Source of the DNA: Kondoa subrosea
Lineage: Eukaryota
Reading direction: 5' to 3'
Assembly: GCA_039545335.1 (NCBI GenBank)
Contig: BCIN01000001.1
Location: forward strand, 3,413,136 to 3,477,135
Length of the DNA stretch: 64,000 nucleotides
The notes beneath the pieces are model-generated. The model saw only the letters and a list, made by a program, of their open reading frames with translations. It searched no databases and was not told where the DNA came from. This document shows, piece after piece, positions 12,321 through 25,608 of this stretch. Within the stretch, counting starts at the first letter, position 1. Each line of letters starts with the position of its first letter. Made by a program: the position numbers and the translations under genes.

Positions 12321-15094
12321 CTATCCGTACACCTTTCGCAAGAACTCCTCGTAGTCGTAAGCCTCCCCAGATCCATCCTGTTCAATTCCGTTTGAAGCAG
12401 ACCGAGGCATCTCGGAAGTAAGGAAAGCGGTCGTCGCAATAGGAACGTGAGCCAGTTCGAGATCTCGCCTCGACACTGTCGGTCTTCCCTCCGAGACTGA
12501 TCTGAAAGCTTCTCTGATCTGCTCCGGTGAGAAATTGTCTTGTTTGATGTCCACCTGCAGTAGATATCAGATTATGCAACTAGACAGCGCACAAAAAGCA
12601 GACCAGAAACTTGAGATACGCTTGAAATGTGACAGCGCCTTCATTGTTTGATATTTGAGAATGAATGTCATCCATCTCCGATTCCTTTGATTCTACTGAG
12701 CGGTAATCAAGGCATTTGAAGAGGTTCAGCTCACGCTGTAATTGATACCCAAAGCAGACAGAGCGACAGAGAACTCTGACAGATTCTATATTTATCGATC
12801 AGCTTGAACCGTGCCCAATCCATTCTCACCCACCAATGTATTTGTCGAATCCGAATCAAAGTGTCTGAAAACGCTTTCGAACTCTTCCAACTGTTCGGGT
12901 GTCAAGTTGGTTTGTGTGCGTGCAATCATCTACAGAAGTAAATAAATAAGTCATGACTAGCATGCTGACAGAATAGGCACCTGGTTTTCCACAAAGGCTG
13001 TTCGTTTTGCTATGGTCTCTTGAACGAGCGAAAGTTCATACGCGACATCATCATAGGCGTGGATAGTATAGTCATTCTCTTCTATCTTCGCTTCTTCGCA
13101 GGCATCTTCCAATTGTTGCAAAGCAGGAAGCTCGCTGAATAGTGGTGCGATAGATTTCCCGAGCGCTCGAACTTGTTGCTGTTGAGTCTAAGGAGATCTT
13201 GAGAACACATTACTGCCACAAGTACATTAAAGCCTACCTGAAGCGTGCCACTCAATTCCGCCAAAGATAGAGATATACTTGAAATCTTGTCGGCGATCGA
13301 ATTGGCTGTTCGGGCAAAATCCTGCCGCAGTCGCTCTTTGATACTGAGCGAGCTTTTAGTGAGAATACACAATCAAAAGAAACATTGACCTACGACCGTA
13401 TATTCTCATTGATGGCTCGGGACCTTTCCGCTTCACTCTTTAGTAAGATGGACCAAAGTGCGTCAAGATCCTGTTGAGACAATCAGCTCTTACACTATGC
13501 CTTGTCATAAACTGACTCACAGCCAAAGCTAAACCTTGAGGAGGAGTGAAAGTAGCCATATTGTAAGTCTTGAGTTTCGTCAGTATATTTCCCAACAAGC
13601 TCTCAATAGCCGTCTTTTCTTCTTTCCATTTCCTTCGTTCCATTTTATGTCTCACAAAACTTTCTCTTTCCTTCATCGCTTCATTATACTCATCGCTCAG
13701 TTTCTTTTCCCTCCAAGAAGAAATAACCCCTTGAATGATTCTAATCAACTCTTTCATTCTCCTTTCGTAATCATTTCGAGAGATCCAAGTTGATTGAGCG
13801 ATTTCAGCAAAATTGGCAATTCTCCTAGAAGCGGAAGAAGTAGATTCTGCTTGACTTAAAGCCAAAAAGATTTCAGCTACGTAAGTGATGATGGATCTTT
13901 CGTCAGGTTTTGGTACGTCCACTATATCGGATACGTCTAGGAGTTGTGGAATGTTTAGAGCGGTTTCGATTGTTCTGAAAGCGAGCTTGGTATTTTCGTG
14001 AGGTGAGGCATGATTTAGTGTATGGTAGTTGATAAGATCAGGTCGATGTTTGTGTATAAGAGCACAGCTATCAGTAGCAACAAATCCTCCAATTAGTCAT
14101 ACACTGATGATTGAGATTGTTCACTGACAAAGCTAATCCATCAGACCAAGAACGAGTGAAATCCTTGATATCGACTTCTTCGTAGTCGTGAGTCATACGT
14201 TGGCACCAGAGCAGTAGACCGTCTTTAGCGGATTTGCCTTCTTCCCTGATTTGATATCGGTTAGAATGGCCCTGATTGCAGAAATGGATACTTACTGCAC
14301 ATCCGCAATCGTGAAGCGCAAGATCAGACTCCATATCAAGCCTAAGATGAGCTGTGCTAAACATTAGTTTGATCGCAATTGAATGAGGCCGAGCTTACTT
14401 TGAGGTTTCCATCTGGATTGCTCGATGAATGTCAGCGGAAGACTAAAGATAACATCCTCGACAAACCAACGATATCTTCAGGTCCAAGATCTGTAGACCG
14501 AAGAAGGTTATAAGCAGCGAATCGGCAACTACGTTCTTCTGCACCTACTTGTCAGAGTCACTCCGCGCTTATAGTTCAAGATCAGTCGTAACCTCTGGTC
14601 CGTGAGATATAACTCACAGATCTAATGAATGACAATGCAAGTTGAACATTCTCACACTTTTGTACACGAATAACTTGCATGAAACGTAAGCGACCAGATC
14701 GCATTGACCTTCCTGAGCCAGACTTACTAGGTCGCTGATTGTATCTTCTGCTCTACTGCATCAGTGCATACACCTGACAGTGTGCAAGAACAACTCGCCC
14801 TAAAGAACAACCGCTCATGAGTTCCATCAAAACAACAAGCATCGTTCCATCTGATAGATCAAGTTGCAAGTTGTGCATCTCAGGTAATCCATGAGCTGTA
14901 AGTTTCGCATTCAACCATTTCCTAAACGTCTTTTCTTGTATGGCAAGGAAATCATCGTGCGCAAAGGAAGCAGGTAGAGAAGGGGAGAAGGAGGGAAAGG
15001 TAGAAACAGAACTACGTTTGCTGCTGTCTTGACCACCCAATACAGGTGAACGAATTCTGCTGTCCCATGATTGTCGGCTTGCGTGACCTGCCAT
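12321..15094 (-). CDS. ain1: Alpha-actinin (two CH domains, spectrin-like rod, EF-hand tail)
   Basis: IQEKTFRKWLN, DLSDG, LGPEDIVDGNLK|LILGLIWSLILRF, AKDGLLLWCQ, SWSDGLA, PKPDERSIITYVA, YDYEEF; many short exons and one GC-AG intron. Confidence 0.9.
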
Positions 15095-15214
15095 TGAGCT
15101 GTCGCCGTAAGTAGACAGAGTGATTATTTTGGATTTCAAAGAGCTCGACTCAATACCGCGATCTAACTCAGTCTTTCCCTTGTCCCTCAGTAGCTAGCGC
15201 TTAGTGCATAGCCA

Positions 15215-17714
15215 ATGGCTTCTGGAACTGATTTTGAGGACATCTTTCTAGGCTTGTCGCCTAACCCAGGCAGTAAGTCAATGAAACTCGACATCCACTG
15301 TCGCACAGGATCAAGTGACGCGTTTTGCAGAGCTTCGTTTGGCAGCTAATGGTCTCGGGTGGAAATCTTACGAAGGAGGAGAGAAACCAACGACTGTAGC
15401 AGGCGAGATCATTAAATACGCAGAATGGTGCAGGTCAGTCATATTTACATGGGACAGAACCCACAGACGCTGAGTCTTACTACTTGTATGCTTGAAAATA
15501 GAGTGGCACGTAATTTTCAGCTCAAGATAGCTACTTCAAAGGGAGAACAGAAGTTTATGACTTTCGATGGTTTCACGCGCGATGTGCGTTTTCTACCCTC
15601 AAACTCGATCTTTGATCCAGCTGACATGTAAGATTCATAGGACTATGATCGGATCTGTAATCTACTCAAGAACAACTACGATGTTACAGTAGACAGCAAA
15701 GATATTTCATTGCGAGGGTGGAATTGGGGCAAAGCTGATTTACAATGTCAGTGATAGTTATCTGTCATCTGTTTGTCTTACGGAATACTCTACTAATATG
15801 TAGTTGAATGTAGCCGACAACATGAATTTCATGGTAGCAGGTCGACAAGCTTTCTCACTCCCGATTTCTTACGTGCACAATACTTCGATTAACAAGACTG
15901 AGATTGCTATCGAATTCAAACCTGATGTATTGATCTCTGGTGAAAAAGCAGGAAAGAAATCATCCAAAGGAGTAGCGGATCAATTGGTGGAATTGAGATT
16001 GTATGTACCTGGATCAGAAGCTGCTGCAAGAAAAAGAGCAAAGAAAGCAGCAAAAGAAGAAGTGGATGAAGAAGGCAAACCAATCAAGAAAGATCCAGAT
16101 GCTCAAGAAGATGATGAAAATGAGGAAGAGGAAGAAGAGGGAGAAGAAGGAGATCAAAGCGCTGCTCAAGTCTTCCACGATGCTCTCAAAGAGAGAGCAG
16201 AGATCGGACAAGTCACTGGAGATGCTATGGTCACCTTTGCCGAAGTTTCTTGCGTAACACCGAGGTCAGTTTGCGTCGCTGTTTGTTGGGATTTTCCCCT
16301 TAAACTTTGCCGCCATTGACAGAGGAAAGTACGACATCGAACTCTACAACGGTTTCTTCCGCTTGCGCAACAAGTCTTACGATTACAAAGTCCTTTATCC
16401 TTCAGTCAAGAGACTATTCATGCTACCTAAGAATGATGATGTAAATGTTCAATTTGTGGTAAGCATCCCTTCGGCTGTACGATGTTTGCATTGTCTGATA
16501 GACCATTGGTAACTTACAGATCAACCTGGATCCACCTATCAGACAAGGTCAAACTCGCTACCCATACCTAGTTATGCAATTCGCCAAAGAAGAAGTGATG
16601 GAAGCTGAGCTCAATCTGGATGACGAAGAAGTCAAAACTGCTTTCCCTGACTTGGAACCAAAGTATGAAGATTCAGCTTTCAATGTGGTTTCTACCATTT
16701 TCAAAGCGGTAACGGGTAAAAAAGCCATTGCTCCTTCTTCTGCTTTCCAGAACACAGATGGCTCTTCTGCTATCAAGTGCAATCGTGAGGTCCATGTTTG
16801 CTGTTGTTAGCTTTGGCTGATTCAATTGTTGTCCCCTTCACAGTTCGCGCAGCAGAAGGTGTCTTATACTTCCTCGACAAGCATATGCTCTTCATGGCTA
16901 AATCACCCGTCATGGTATCGTATGCTGATGTATCTGTCGCTCGCTTCGAACGGTTCGTGACTATGTAAACTCATCATCAGTATCATCTGATTTGGTGATT
17001 GCCGCACGAACAGTGTATCTTCAGCTATGTCAGCTTCACGTACTATCGATATGAAGCTTGAACTTCGAGAAGACACCGATGTGACCTTTTCGGCCATTTC
17101 CAAAGAAGAACATCCTCAGCTTTCCGATTTCCTTTCAGACAAGAAGATCAAAGTCAAGAATGAAATTATAGAAGAAATGATTGGTACAGCCCAAGCTGTA
17201 ACTCAAGCTTTGATGGCTGAAGAAACTGATTCTGATGATGCTTCTGGAGCGGAAAGTGATGATTCGAGAAAAGAGGAGAGGAAGAAGTTGAAGAAGAATA
17301 AAGAGGCTAAAGCGGCTAGTGGGAACGCTATGGATGTGGATGAGGACTCAGAAGGTCAGCGGTCTACATTGTTTGGAGAAAGGTCTTGAAAGCTGATTGA
17401 TTTTGAATACAGTTGATGAAGACTTTGCAGCACCTGATGAAGACTCGGATGTGGCTGAAGAATACGATGAGGTGCGAGACGATTACTGGCTTATCAGAAT
17501 TGCACTGATGACTGCGCATCTTCCGCACAGGCCTACACTAGTCCAGATTCGGATGCGGAAGAAGCACCAAAGAAGTCGAAGAAGAAGAAGGCCAGCGATG
17601 AAGGTGATTCTCCGCCGAAGAAGAAGAAGGTCAGTTTGAGACTTGACTTGCTATGATTAGCTGGTGATGTCTTGAGATTGACAGGCGAAGAAGAGCAAAG
17701 ATGCCGACGACTAG
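15215..17714 (+). CDS. POB3: FACT complex subunit Pob3/SSRP1
   Basis: LRGWNWG, DQLVELRLYVPG, TPRGKYDIELY, YDYKVLY, LDPPIRQGQTRYPYLVMQF; acidic/basic tail. Confidence 0.93.
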
Positions 17715-17871
17715 CATGTTCATACCTCGTGAATTGCTTTGACATTGCCTTAGACACAATTGTACACAGCCTACTGCTAGTTTTATAGTTGGCAATTTGC
17801 ATGCATGAAACTCGACTGTTTTGACCTTCACCTACCATCTCTCTTCCCTGTTTCCGTAGATAGATCTCAAT

Positions 17872-18786
17872 ATGGTCAGCTATACTTCACGCTAGGCGCG
17901 CACAGCGGAAGGAGACCAGGGCTGATGCAACGGCGCTCCCTTCTCTCTCCTAAAAGTCATCTGGTGTAGCAGTCAACCAAGAATGCCTGGAAGAGTTCCA
18001 GAACCTCAAATTGGGCAAGAGTGAGCTCGATTTACCTGGTTCTCCGGTTGCACTAGGTCTGATACGAAGCTCGGCGTGTCAACAGAGATCAAGTATATTA
18101 TCTACAAGCTCAAGTCGGCCCCTCATTTGCTGCTTTCAGTCTATGTGCTGATAGGCAGGAATTGCCGGTCCACAGTGACAAGAACACCGAAATTGTCATG
18201 GAAAAGAAATCCGAGTCCAAGGATTACGATGAATTTATTGAGCAGCTACCTGCTAACGAACCTCGTTATGCGTGCGTATACCCTTCCTCAATGCTCTAGT
18301 TGGCTAACGAGTAATGACGTACGGCAGCGTGTATGACTTTGAATACCAAAAGGGCGACGAAGGTATCAGGAACAAGCTTTGTTTCTTCACATGGTCAGTA
18401 CGAGACATAAGGATTAGCAGACCGGGAATCCTGACCATATCTCTCGTTGACAGGAACCCTGACAGCGCAAAGATCAAGCACAAGATGGTGTACGCTAGTT
18501 CAAAGGTATGCTCTTCTGCTTTCTACAAAAATCCGTTAGTTGTGTACTCATCCAAACTGCTAGGATGCTCTGCGTAAATCACTTGTTGGCATCTCAACAG
18601 AGATCCAGGGTCAGTCTCGGCTCTTAAAATGCTCTTGTTGCATTGTTGAAAGCAGTGAACTTGACAGGTACTGATTTGAGCGAGATCGCATACGAGACTG
18701 GTAAGCAAGATGATAGAAGAATTAGGAACGCTCTGATACGTTGCATCCGTGTTCTTACAGTATTGGAACGCGCTGCTCGATTCTAG
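17872..18786 (+). CDS. COF1: Cofilin / actin-depolymerizing factor
   Basis: ATG-only first coding exon, then [65 protein letters not shown]. Confidence 0.93.
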
Positions 18787-19222
18787 ATGATTCTCATACG
18801 ACAATAACGGGACTCAGAGTACTCTGAAGGCAATCTCCGGAATTGCAGACAAATGCCTGTACTGTAGATGCAACTCACTTCCCGTTGTCTCCGTATTGCT
18901 TGCGCTTCTTCTCATGTTTCGATCTGTGTTTCTCATTCGCAACAAAATTCATCGGTTTCCTTGTTCGATCATTCGTGTATTGCATCGTCTGATCATTAAC
19001 TACTATTACTACCTACTGCAAATGAAGATAGGGTGAACTACTGTTCATGCTACAAAATCCCAAGACTGAAAATGCGTGTTTAATGCTTGGACACTGAATT
19101 ACTCGCCAAACCAATGCTCGTGTATGATGTTCTTCTTCTTCTCTTGCCTTCGTCTTGTTACTCTGCTTGATACACTTGTGTTGTACAATCTTGATAATAC
19201 ACTTTTCCCCCTCTTCCAAACC

Positions 19223-21440
19223 TCATTGTATACCTCGATAAGACCCGCTCAAACTTCTAGGTCCAGCAGGTCTTCTTACGCTACCCAACCGACCGGTATT
19301 GCCAGCAGGTCCATCTTCTTCATCAACCGAACCTAAACTCCACCTATTGTTGTTGTTGTTAGGGTTTGCTCTATTCGGATTGCGCGGTGGTAATCCAGGT
19401 GCGCCGGGGTATTGTCCACTATTCCTATTGCCTCTGGCTCCTACAAGTGCAGCATAAGGAGTAGCACCATCTCTATAACCTCCTCCGTTTGTGTCGGAAG
19501 TAGAAACAGGTGAGTAAGCTTGAGAGGAGGTTGAAACGGGTGCATAAGCTTGAGACATTTGTTGAGGAGGTGGCGGATTATCGGAATAAGGTGCAGCGAA
19601 AGGATCATCAGATTCTACCGGTCGATAATTTCGGGATGGAGCTTCATCAGCTGAATGATAGGATCGAGATAAAGCTGTTGATCTTTTGTTTCGTCTACGA
19701 AAACAGAATGCCAGTAGACCGAGAAGGATTAACAATCCTACAACTCCACCAACTACGCCGCCTTTGGAAAGTATCATGTACATCAGTTATGTTACATTTA
19801 CAGAAAGGTCGAGAGAAACGAACCGACTATTGCTCCTGTTCTACTTTTACCTTGTGATTTCATCAGAGCAGCATTAGCTTCGGCTAACTCTGCATTCGCT
19901 TCAGCAGCAGCAAGGCTAGCTACACTAGCGCTTGATAAAGCTTGAGAATAAGATTGAAGCAAAGCTGAATCCGTTGCCGTTTGAGCAACGGAAGACCAAC
20001 TTTCAGCTACTGATTCAGCAGAGATTGCAGCTATGGAAGCTCGAGAAGCTGCTGAGGTTAAGTTTGAAGTTTGACCTGCTATAATATTTGTAGCTTGCGA
20101 TCGAGCGGAGGAAGATAATTGCGAGATTGAACTTTGTAAGGATGATAATGAGGATAAAGAAGTATAGAGAGCTGGGTTAATAGAGGAAGAAGGTAGATTA
20201 TTGATGATTCCTGCTCCGACACCTTGGATCGAATTGGCTGACTGACTTGCTTGACTTGCGATTGACAGCAGCGAAGAAGCTTGACTGAGCGATGATACTG
20301 CATCAGCTGGAAGAAGTGCTGTTGCACTTGTAATACTAGCAGCAGAAGCAGCCTCAGTGGATAATGTGCCAACAATTGGGAAAAGGCTTGAAGCGGAAGA
20401 CGGTACTGCTGAAGTGCTGCTTGAAGCTAGACTCAATATAGGAGCAGAAGAAGTTGAGGTAGTCAAAACAGCGCTGCCGGAGATACTGGTAGTAAGGGGA
20501 ATTAAAACGCCAGCTAATGATGCAGAAGAGCTTGTCGTGGAACTGCTAGACGAAGAGGAGCTTGCAGAAGAGGAAGTTGATTCCAAGACGCTCAGAACAC
20601 TTGACAGGGAGGATGAAACCGAGCTAGAGCTTGAACTTGCACTACTTGCTGTAGTTGTTGTAGAAGCAAGAACAATTGTTGTAGGCGTAGCACCAAGAGC
20701 AGGCGCAATAAGAGGTAATCCACATCCACCTGATCGAGGTATAGAGTTGGCGGGAAAGATACCTTGCACTACTGGTGGATTGACGATTTGTTGCGTGCAT
20801 GAACAAATATAAGGTGTTGGGCCGTTTGTTTGAAGAGTGTTGTCGCAGGTATAGGATTGACCAAACCAAGAAACGGCATTGATGTTATCTTGAGATAAAC
20901 CAATCATTTCCTATACGAACGTTTGTCCATCAATCCTGCTCAATGATTTGAGAGACGAACTTACAGTACAAGGCACTGGATTTGCTAAAGAAGCATCGTA
21001 GAGGAGGATATCGCAATTCTTTGATGTAGGTCTCAGAGCATTAGTCTGTACATTACTGTTCCCTCATGCCAGCGATAAGCTTTCCCTTGATTAGGTGATA
21101 ATGGATCATTCACTGACCTGCAAGGAGCTATTGTTTGCAGTGTACTTGTTCCCTCTATTGCACATTCATATGTCCCTATAGAGACAGTCATTCCATTACT
21201 TGGATTACGAGCTACAGCAGGCTGCGAGTTGCCATCACATGTTCTAGGACCAGATCTGCCACAACGAAGATTCTGAGTCGGCAGTTGAATGTAGACTGGG
21301 ATACTTACATTCCAAAGTAGACATCCTGGATAGGTATAGCTGCGTTGCCAGTATTCTGGAAATTGCATGATTCTCCATTACATTGATTCGAGTCGAAGAC
21401 ATAGCTAGACAAATCTCCAGAGCATGTGGAGATATCGTCT
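19223..21440 (-). CDS. Ser/Thr/Ala-rich single-pass cell-surface protein with a Cys-containing N-terminal region (sensor/mucin-like)
   Basis: Cys-rich exons (DISTCSGD..QCNGESCN, YECAIEG, YTCDN..YICSCT), a long Ser-rich stalk, TM GAIVGGVVGGVVGLLILLGLLAFCF followed by RRRNKR, cytoplasmic tail; first exon not resolved. Confidence 0.7.
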
Positions 21441-22118
21441 GTGGATATAATCAGATAGGCAGACATGAAATGGATGTATTTGGAGGTCCAGAGACAAGCA
21501 AGCTCAAGAAAGCAGGAAAGACGCGGTTAATTTCATATTCACGTCATTAGGTAAGAATCTTATGGAAGCTACAAATAGCCTGCATGTCAGCAAGCAGTTT
21601 CAACGAGTATGTAGTGACTGCAGAGTAGGCATGCTCCAATTGCTGCCCCTGTGCTTCGCCTTCTCTCTCACAATATCCCTGTTCCGTTGCAAAATGATTG
21701 GCATCCGATGCGATTACTTAGTTAGGGAACGAAGAAGTTCTTCTTACTTTGAAACGAATCTTACCTGTTCACTTTGTAATATGACTGACTTAGCAATCTT
21801 AGCAGTGAAGAGACGAAGAAACCACGCGATCAATATACTGTCTACCTCATATCTCGGCTGAAAGAAAGACACGAGAACGTCGCCGGACAGTAGTCATATG
21901 AATAAAGACAACGATTACGAATGGGGGCCAAGAAAGGGCCAACGGTATTGAAACCAGAAAAGAGTTTCTATGAAGCCTTTATCGTGAGGTGGGACTTGGA
22001 AGTGTATCTGGTTGTGGTACAGGTGAGCAGATAGAGATGCAACAATACAATACAGGGTTGGGAATGATAGTACAAATGGAGACTCTGATGCGAGCAAAAT
22101 CTATATTGACACCTAATA

Positions 22119-22763
22119 CTAGGACACTACGTATAGTGAATGAGCAAGGTCACAAAGTTCTCAAAGACTGACGCTTACCTTCTTTGCCTTTATTAGGCGG
22201 TTTCGGCTGCTGTTCGTATGCATTTGAACCCTGATCCTTTTTCTGCAAAGTAAGCGTATTCGATCCTTTAGTCTTTCTCTTCTTCTTTGTGTGACGCTTA
22301 TGATGATGGTGATGATTACAAGGTTGACCATCTTCATGCCCAACCTCTTCAGGTTTGTTCGCTGATTCTTCATCATGAGATTGTTCAGAATCCGATGAGC
22401 CAGAATCCGAAGAAGAAGACGATTCGTCAAAAGCTCTTGGTTTGTGATAAATACAACAGACTGTCGCATTCAGTACAGGATAAGCTTGGACTCAATCGGA
22501 CATAGATGGATAGATTCACTCTTTGATTTTTTCTTGCCTAGACCTTCGTTATCTATCACTTCTTCATCCCATTGAACTCTAGGTCCACCTCTTGTTGGAC
22601 CACCCCTTAGTCTGAGCACTCCAGTCACTGCATTCGGATTAGAAGGTCCAGCTTCGTCACTATTGTCATTATTCGAGGATGCTTCGGTTGCGTTTATTGT
22701 TAATGCTCTAGATCCATGATTGGCTGCATCAGGTTGCGGTTGCTGTCTCGTTCTAGTTGCCAT
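22119..22763 (-). CDS. YPI1: Protein phosphatase 1 regulator Ypi1 / inhibitor-3
   Basis: GVLRLRG, RVQW (RVxW PP1 motif), DNEGLGKKKSK|xCCIYHKP, PNAYE; 3' end uncertain by about 30 nt. Confidence 0.88.
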
Positions 22764-22870
22764 TCCCCCTCGGAGTCTCTAGAAGGGCAATTAATGGAAA
22801 GTGGATGACCTCAGTCAACAGTCGCCTAGATTAATCTATTTGCGTCTCTTCCCAGTACAACGAATCCACC

Positions 22871-25334
22871 ATGTCATCTCAAAAGACAAAGAACATCCCA
22901 GAGGAGCACCACGTTCACAGGTACAGTCCCCTTCCATCTCTCTGCGCGCGCAGAAAGTCCGAATATAGATCTCACTCATTTGGCATTGCATTGAATAGAA
23001 CTGGTGACTGGCTTTCTGCAAATCACGCAGCTGTGAAAGATTACGTCAACGACATTGATAAGAAATTGGACCACAAGAAAGAATTGCAACCTGTTGTACA
23101 AGAATTCAAAGAATTGATTGAAGGAGACACTGGACTTTACTTGTTGTTCAATTCCATGTTTGAGGAAATACCTCAGAAGAAACCTTATAGGTGAGCATAG
23201 TTCTTTGGGCTGCGGTGTTTGAGATAGTAGCTGAGCATGAGAGCTAATTATAGGTGGGCATCAATTGTCCTGCTAGCTCTTTCTTGAGCTTAAGTGTTGG
23301 TCATGATCCACAGAAATGATCCATCTGGTGCTAAACAAGTTAGATCTTGTGCGTAGCTTTACCCCTCCCTTCCTCTAATTATGTTTTGCTAATGACCGCA
23401 GCCAGATCAACACATGCTCAGTAGGTCCAGTACGTTTCCCTTCACCCTCGGCACTGATTGCATATGGGCAGAGATGATTGATCATATCATCACCAATGGT
23501 ACTTTGGTCGTACTTTGGTCGTGTTTCGCTCTTAATTGATAATTTGGTGATACAGAGCCCCCACGCTGGAACACAGTTGCTGAAGAGTACCACACTATCG
23601 GTCTTCCAATCAACGCTTTACGTACGTTCCTACTTGCTCCGGACCATAGTCGACGGCTCATTCTGTCGCGATTGTCTCTTATTAGTCGAGTACGTTCTTC
23701 TATCTAGCACGTTGTTGCAATCAGTAACAACAGTCATGATTTAGCTGGCCAATGGGTACTCCCTCAGGTTATGCTGCTTTCTTGGACCCAAGAGTCAATC
23801 AAATGCTCAAGAAAGTTTTGGATCAATGGGGTGTTTACGTTCGTTTCCGTTCATCAGTTGGTTTGGTATCGTAAACTAATTTGATGAGCCAAACGAACAG
23901 TTGCAAAGTCCTGCTTCTGCTAAACATTTGAACGATGACGAAGAAGGTGCGTCGAACGACTTCCAAAAAATCACAAAATAGTTGATTTAGTTGCTGTTCG
24001 CGCACAGGTTGGTTTGGCAAGACTGGTCAGTCCACTTCCTCTGCCACTCGTCATTGGAATGTATTGACGCACATTTAACAATCGCAGGTAAAGCTCATTT
24101 AGAAAAGGTTGCCAATATCAACATTACCAATCATGAATTCCACGAAATGTTTGAGTCCGATCCCAAGAAGGAGCACCACGGATACAAGAGCTGGTTTGTC
24201 CCACTTCGTTATTTGCATCATTGAATGCTGAATACACAGGTGGCACAAACAGGGACGATTTCTTTACTCGGAAGTTCAAGGAAGGCATGCGACCAGTCGC
24301 TAGTCCAGAAGATGACAATGTTATTGCCAATTCATGCGAAAGCAAGACTTATGCTGTTGCTTATGATGTGAAAGCAAGAGATCGCTTTTGGGTCAGTTTG
24401 CCGCTTACCCTTAAAACGCTCAAGTCTTACACTTGAGTCGGCTAATGACAGGCTAAGAAACAACCTTATTCGGTTATGGATATGTTGGCTTTCGATAAAC
24501 TTGCTGACCAATTTGTTGGTGGAACGGTTTATCAAGCTTTCTTGTCTGCTTTGAGTTACCGTTCGTGGCCATTCACAATGGGCATTGAGTTGTGCTAAGG
24601 TTGTACCATGGTGCGAACAGATCGCTGGCATTCTCCTGTATCTGGAAAGATTGTCAAAGCCCGTAAGTGATCTCACAGGAAATTACAAGACAGTTTTCTT
24701 GATACCTATGATCAGACGTCGTTCCTGGTACTTATTATAGCGAGGCTTTGTTCGACGGTCTTGGTGATCCACATGTACACAAAATCGACCCTCAAGGTGA
24801 AGCTTCTTGCCAGTAACTTTGCTACTCGATTCTCTTTGAAGTTAAAGCTGATGTGCTTCGTATAGGGGATATATCACTGCTACAGCTACGTTCGTCATCC
24901 TGTTTCAAGCTACTGCATTTTAGCTTATGTATCCGGGAATTGACGTTCAGCCGAGGCATTCTCTTCATTGAGGCTGATAATCCTAAGATCGGTCTTATGG
25001 CACTCGTTTACGTTGGTATGAGTGAAGTCTCGACCTGCGATATCACAGTCAAACAAGGAGAACATGTCAAAAAGGGAGATCAGTTGGGCATGTTCCATTT
25101 GTGAGTGTTTTCGTGAAGAGTGAAAAGATCATTCTGATCTAATGCTACTTGCACATTCACAGTGGTGGTTCTACGGTAAGGTCTCTTTTGCGGCGAGAAA
25201 CATGCAAAGCTGACGCGAAAGGATTCAAGCACTGCTTGCTTTTCCGCAAAGGTGTCAAAGTCACTGGATTCCCTCAACCTGGTGAGAAAGAAGAAAACGT
25301 AGCTGTTCGAAGCAAGTTGGCTACTGTTTCTTAA
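22871..25334 (+). CDS. Phosphatidylserine decarboxylase family protein with N-terminal PSDC domain (PsiD-like subgroup)
   Basis: Spliced: PINALLDWPMGTPSG, WDDFFTRKF, IANSCES, FVGGTVYQAFLSALSYHRWHSPVSG, VGMSEVSTC, GDQLGMFHFGGSTHCL (GGS(T) self-cleavage motif). Confidence 0.88.
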
Positions 25335-25608
25335 GGGTCTAGACGAAGAAAAGGGGGAAACATTACGGACATTTTTAAACGAAAGCAAGCAAAGCAAGCA
25401 ATGCATCATGTGATTTAGACAGAAATCCCAGAGCAGATCACGAGAAGGAGAAGCAGCAAGGACAAAGACCTCATGAGAAGCTCGAAGCCTGATCGCATTA
25501 CACCCCAACAGAATAAACTATTTACACCACAGAGAGAAGCCTTAGATCCAGTTTTTCTTTTCCGTTTGTCAAAAGAGAGAGAAACAATATTCCCAAAAAT
25601 TTGAGTAC

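Noticed and set aside
20079..20869. Antisense and alternate-frame ORFs over the Ser-rich gene (similar ones over POB3, Bem3 and the kinase)
   Set aside because: Shadows of low-complexity coding sequence
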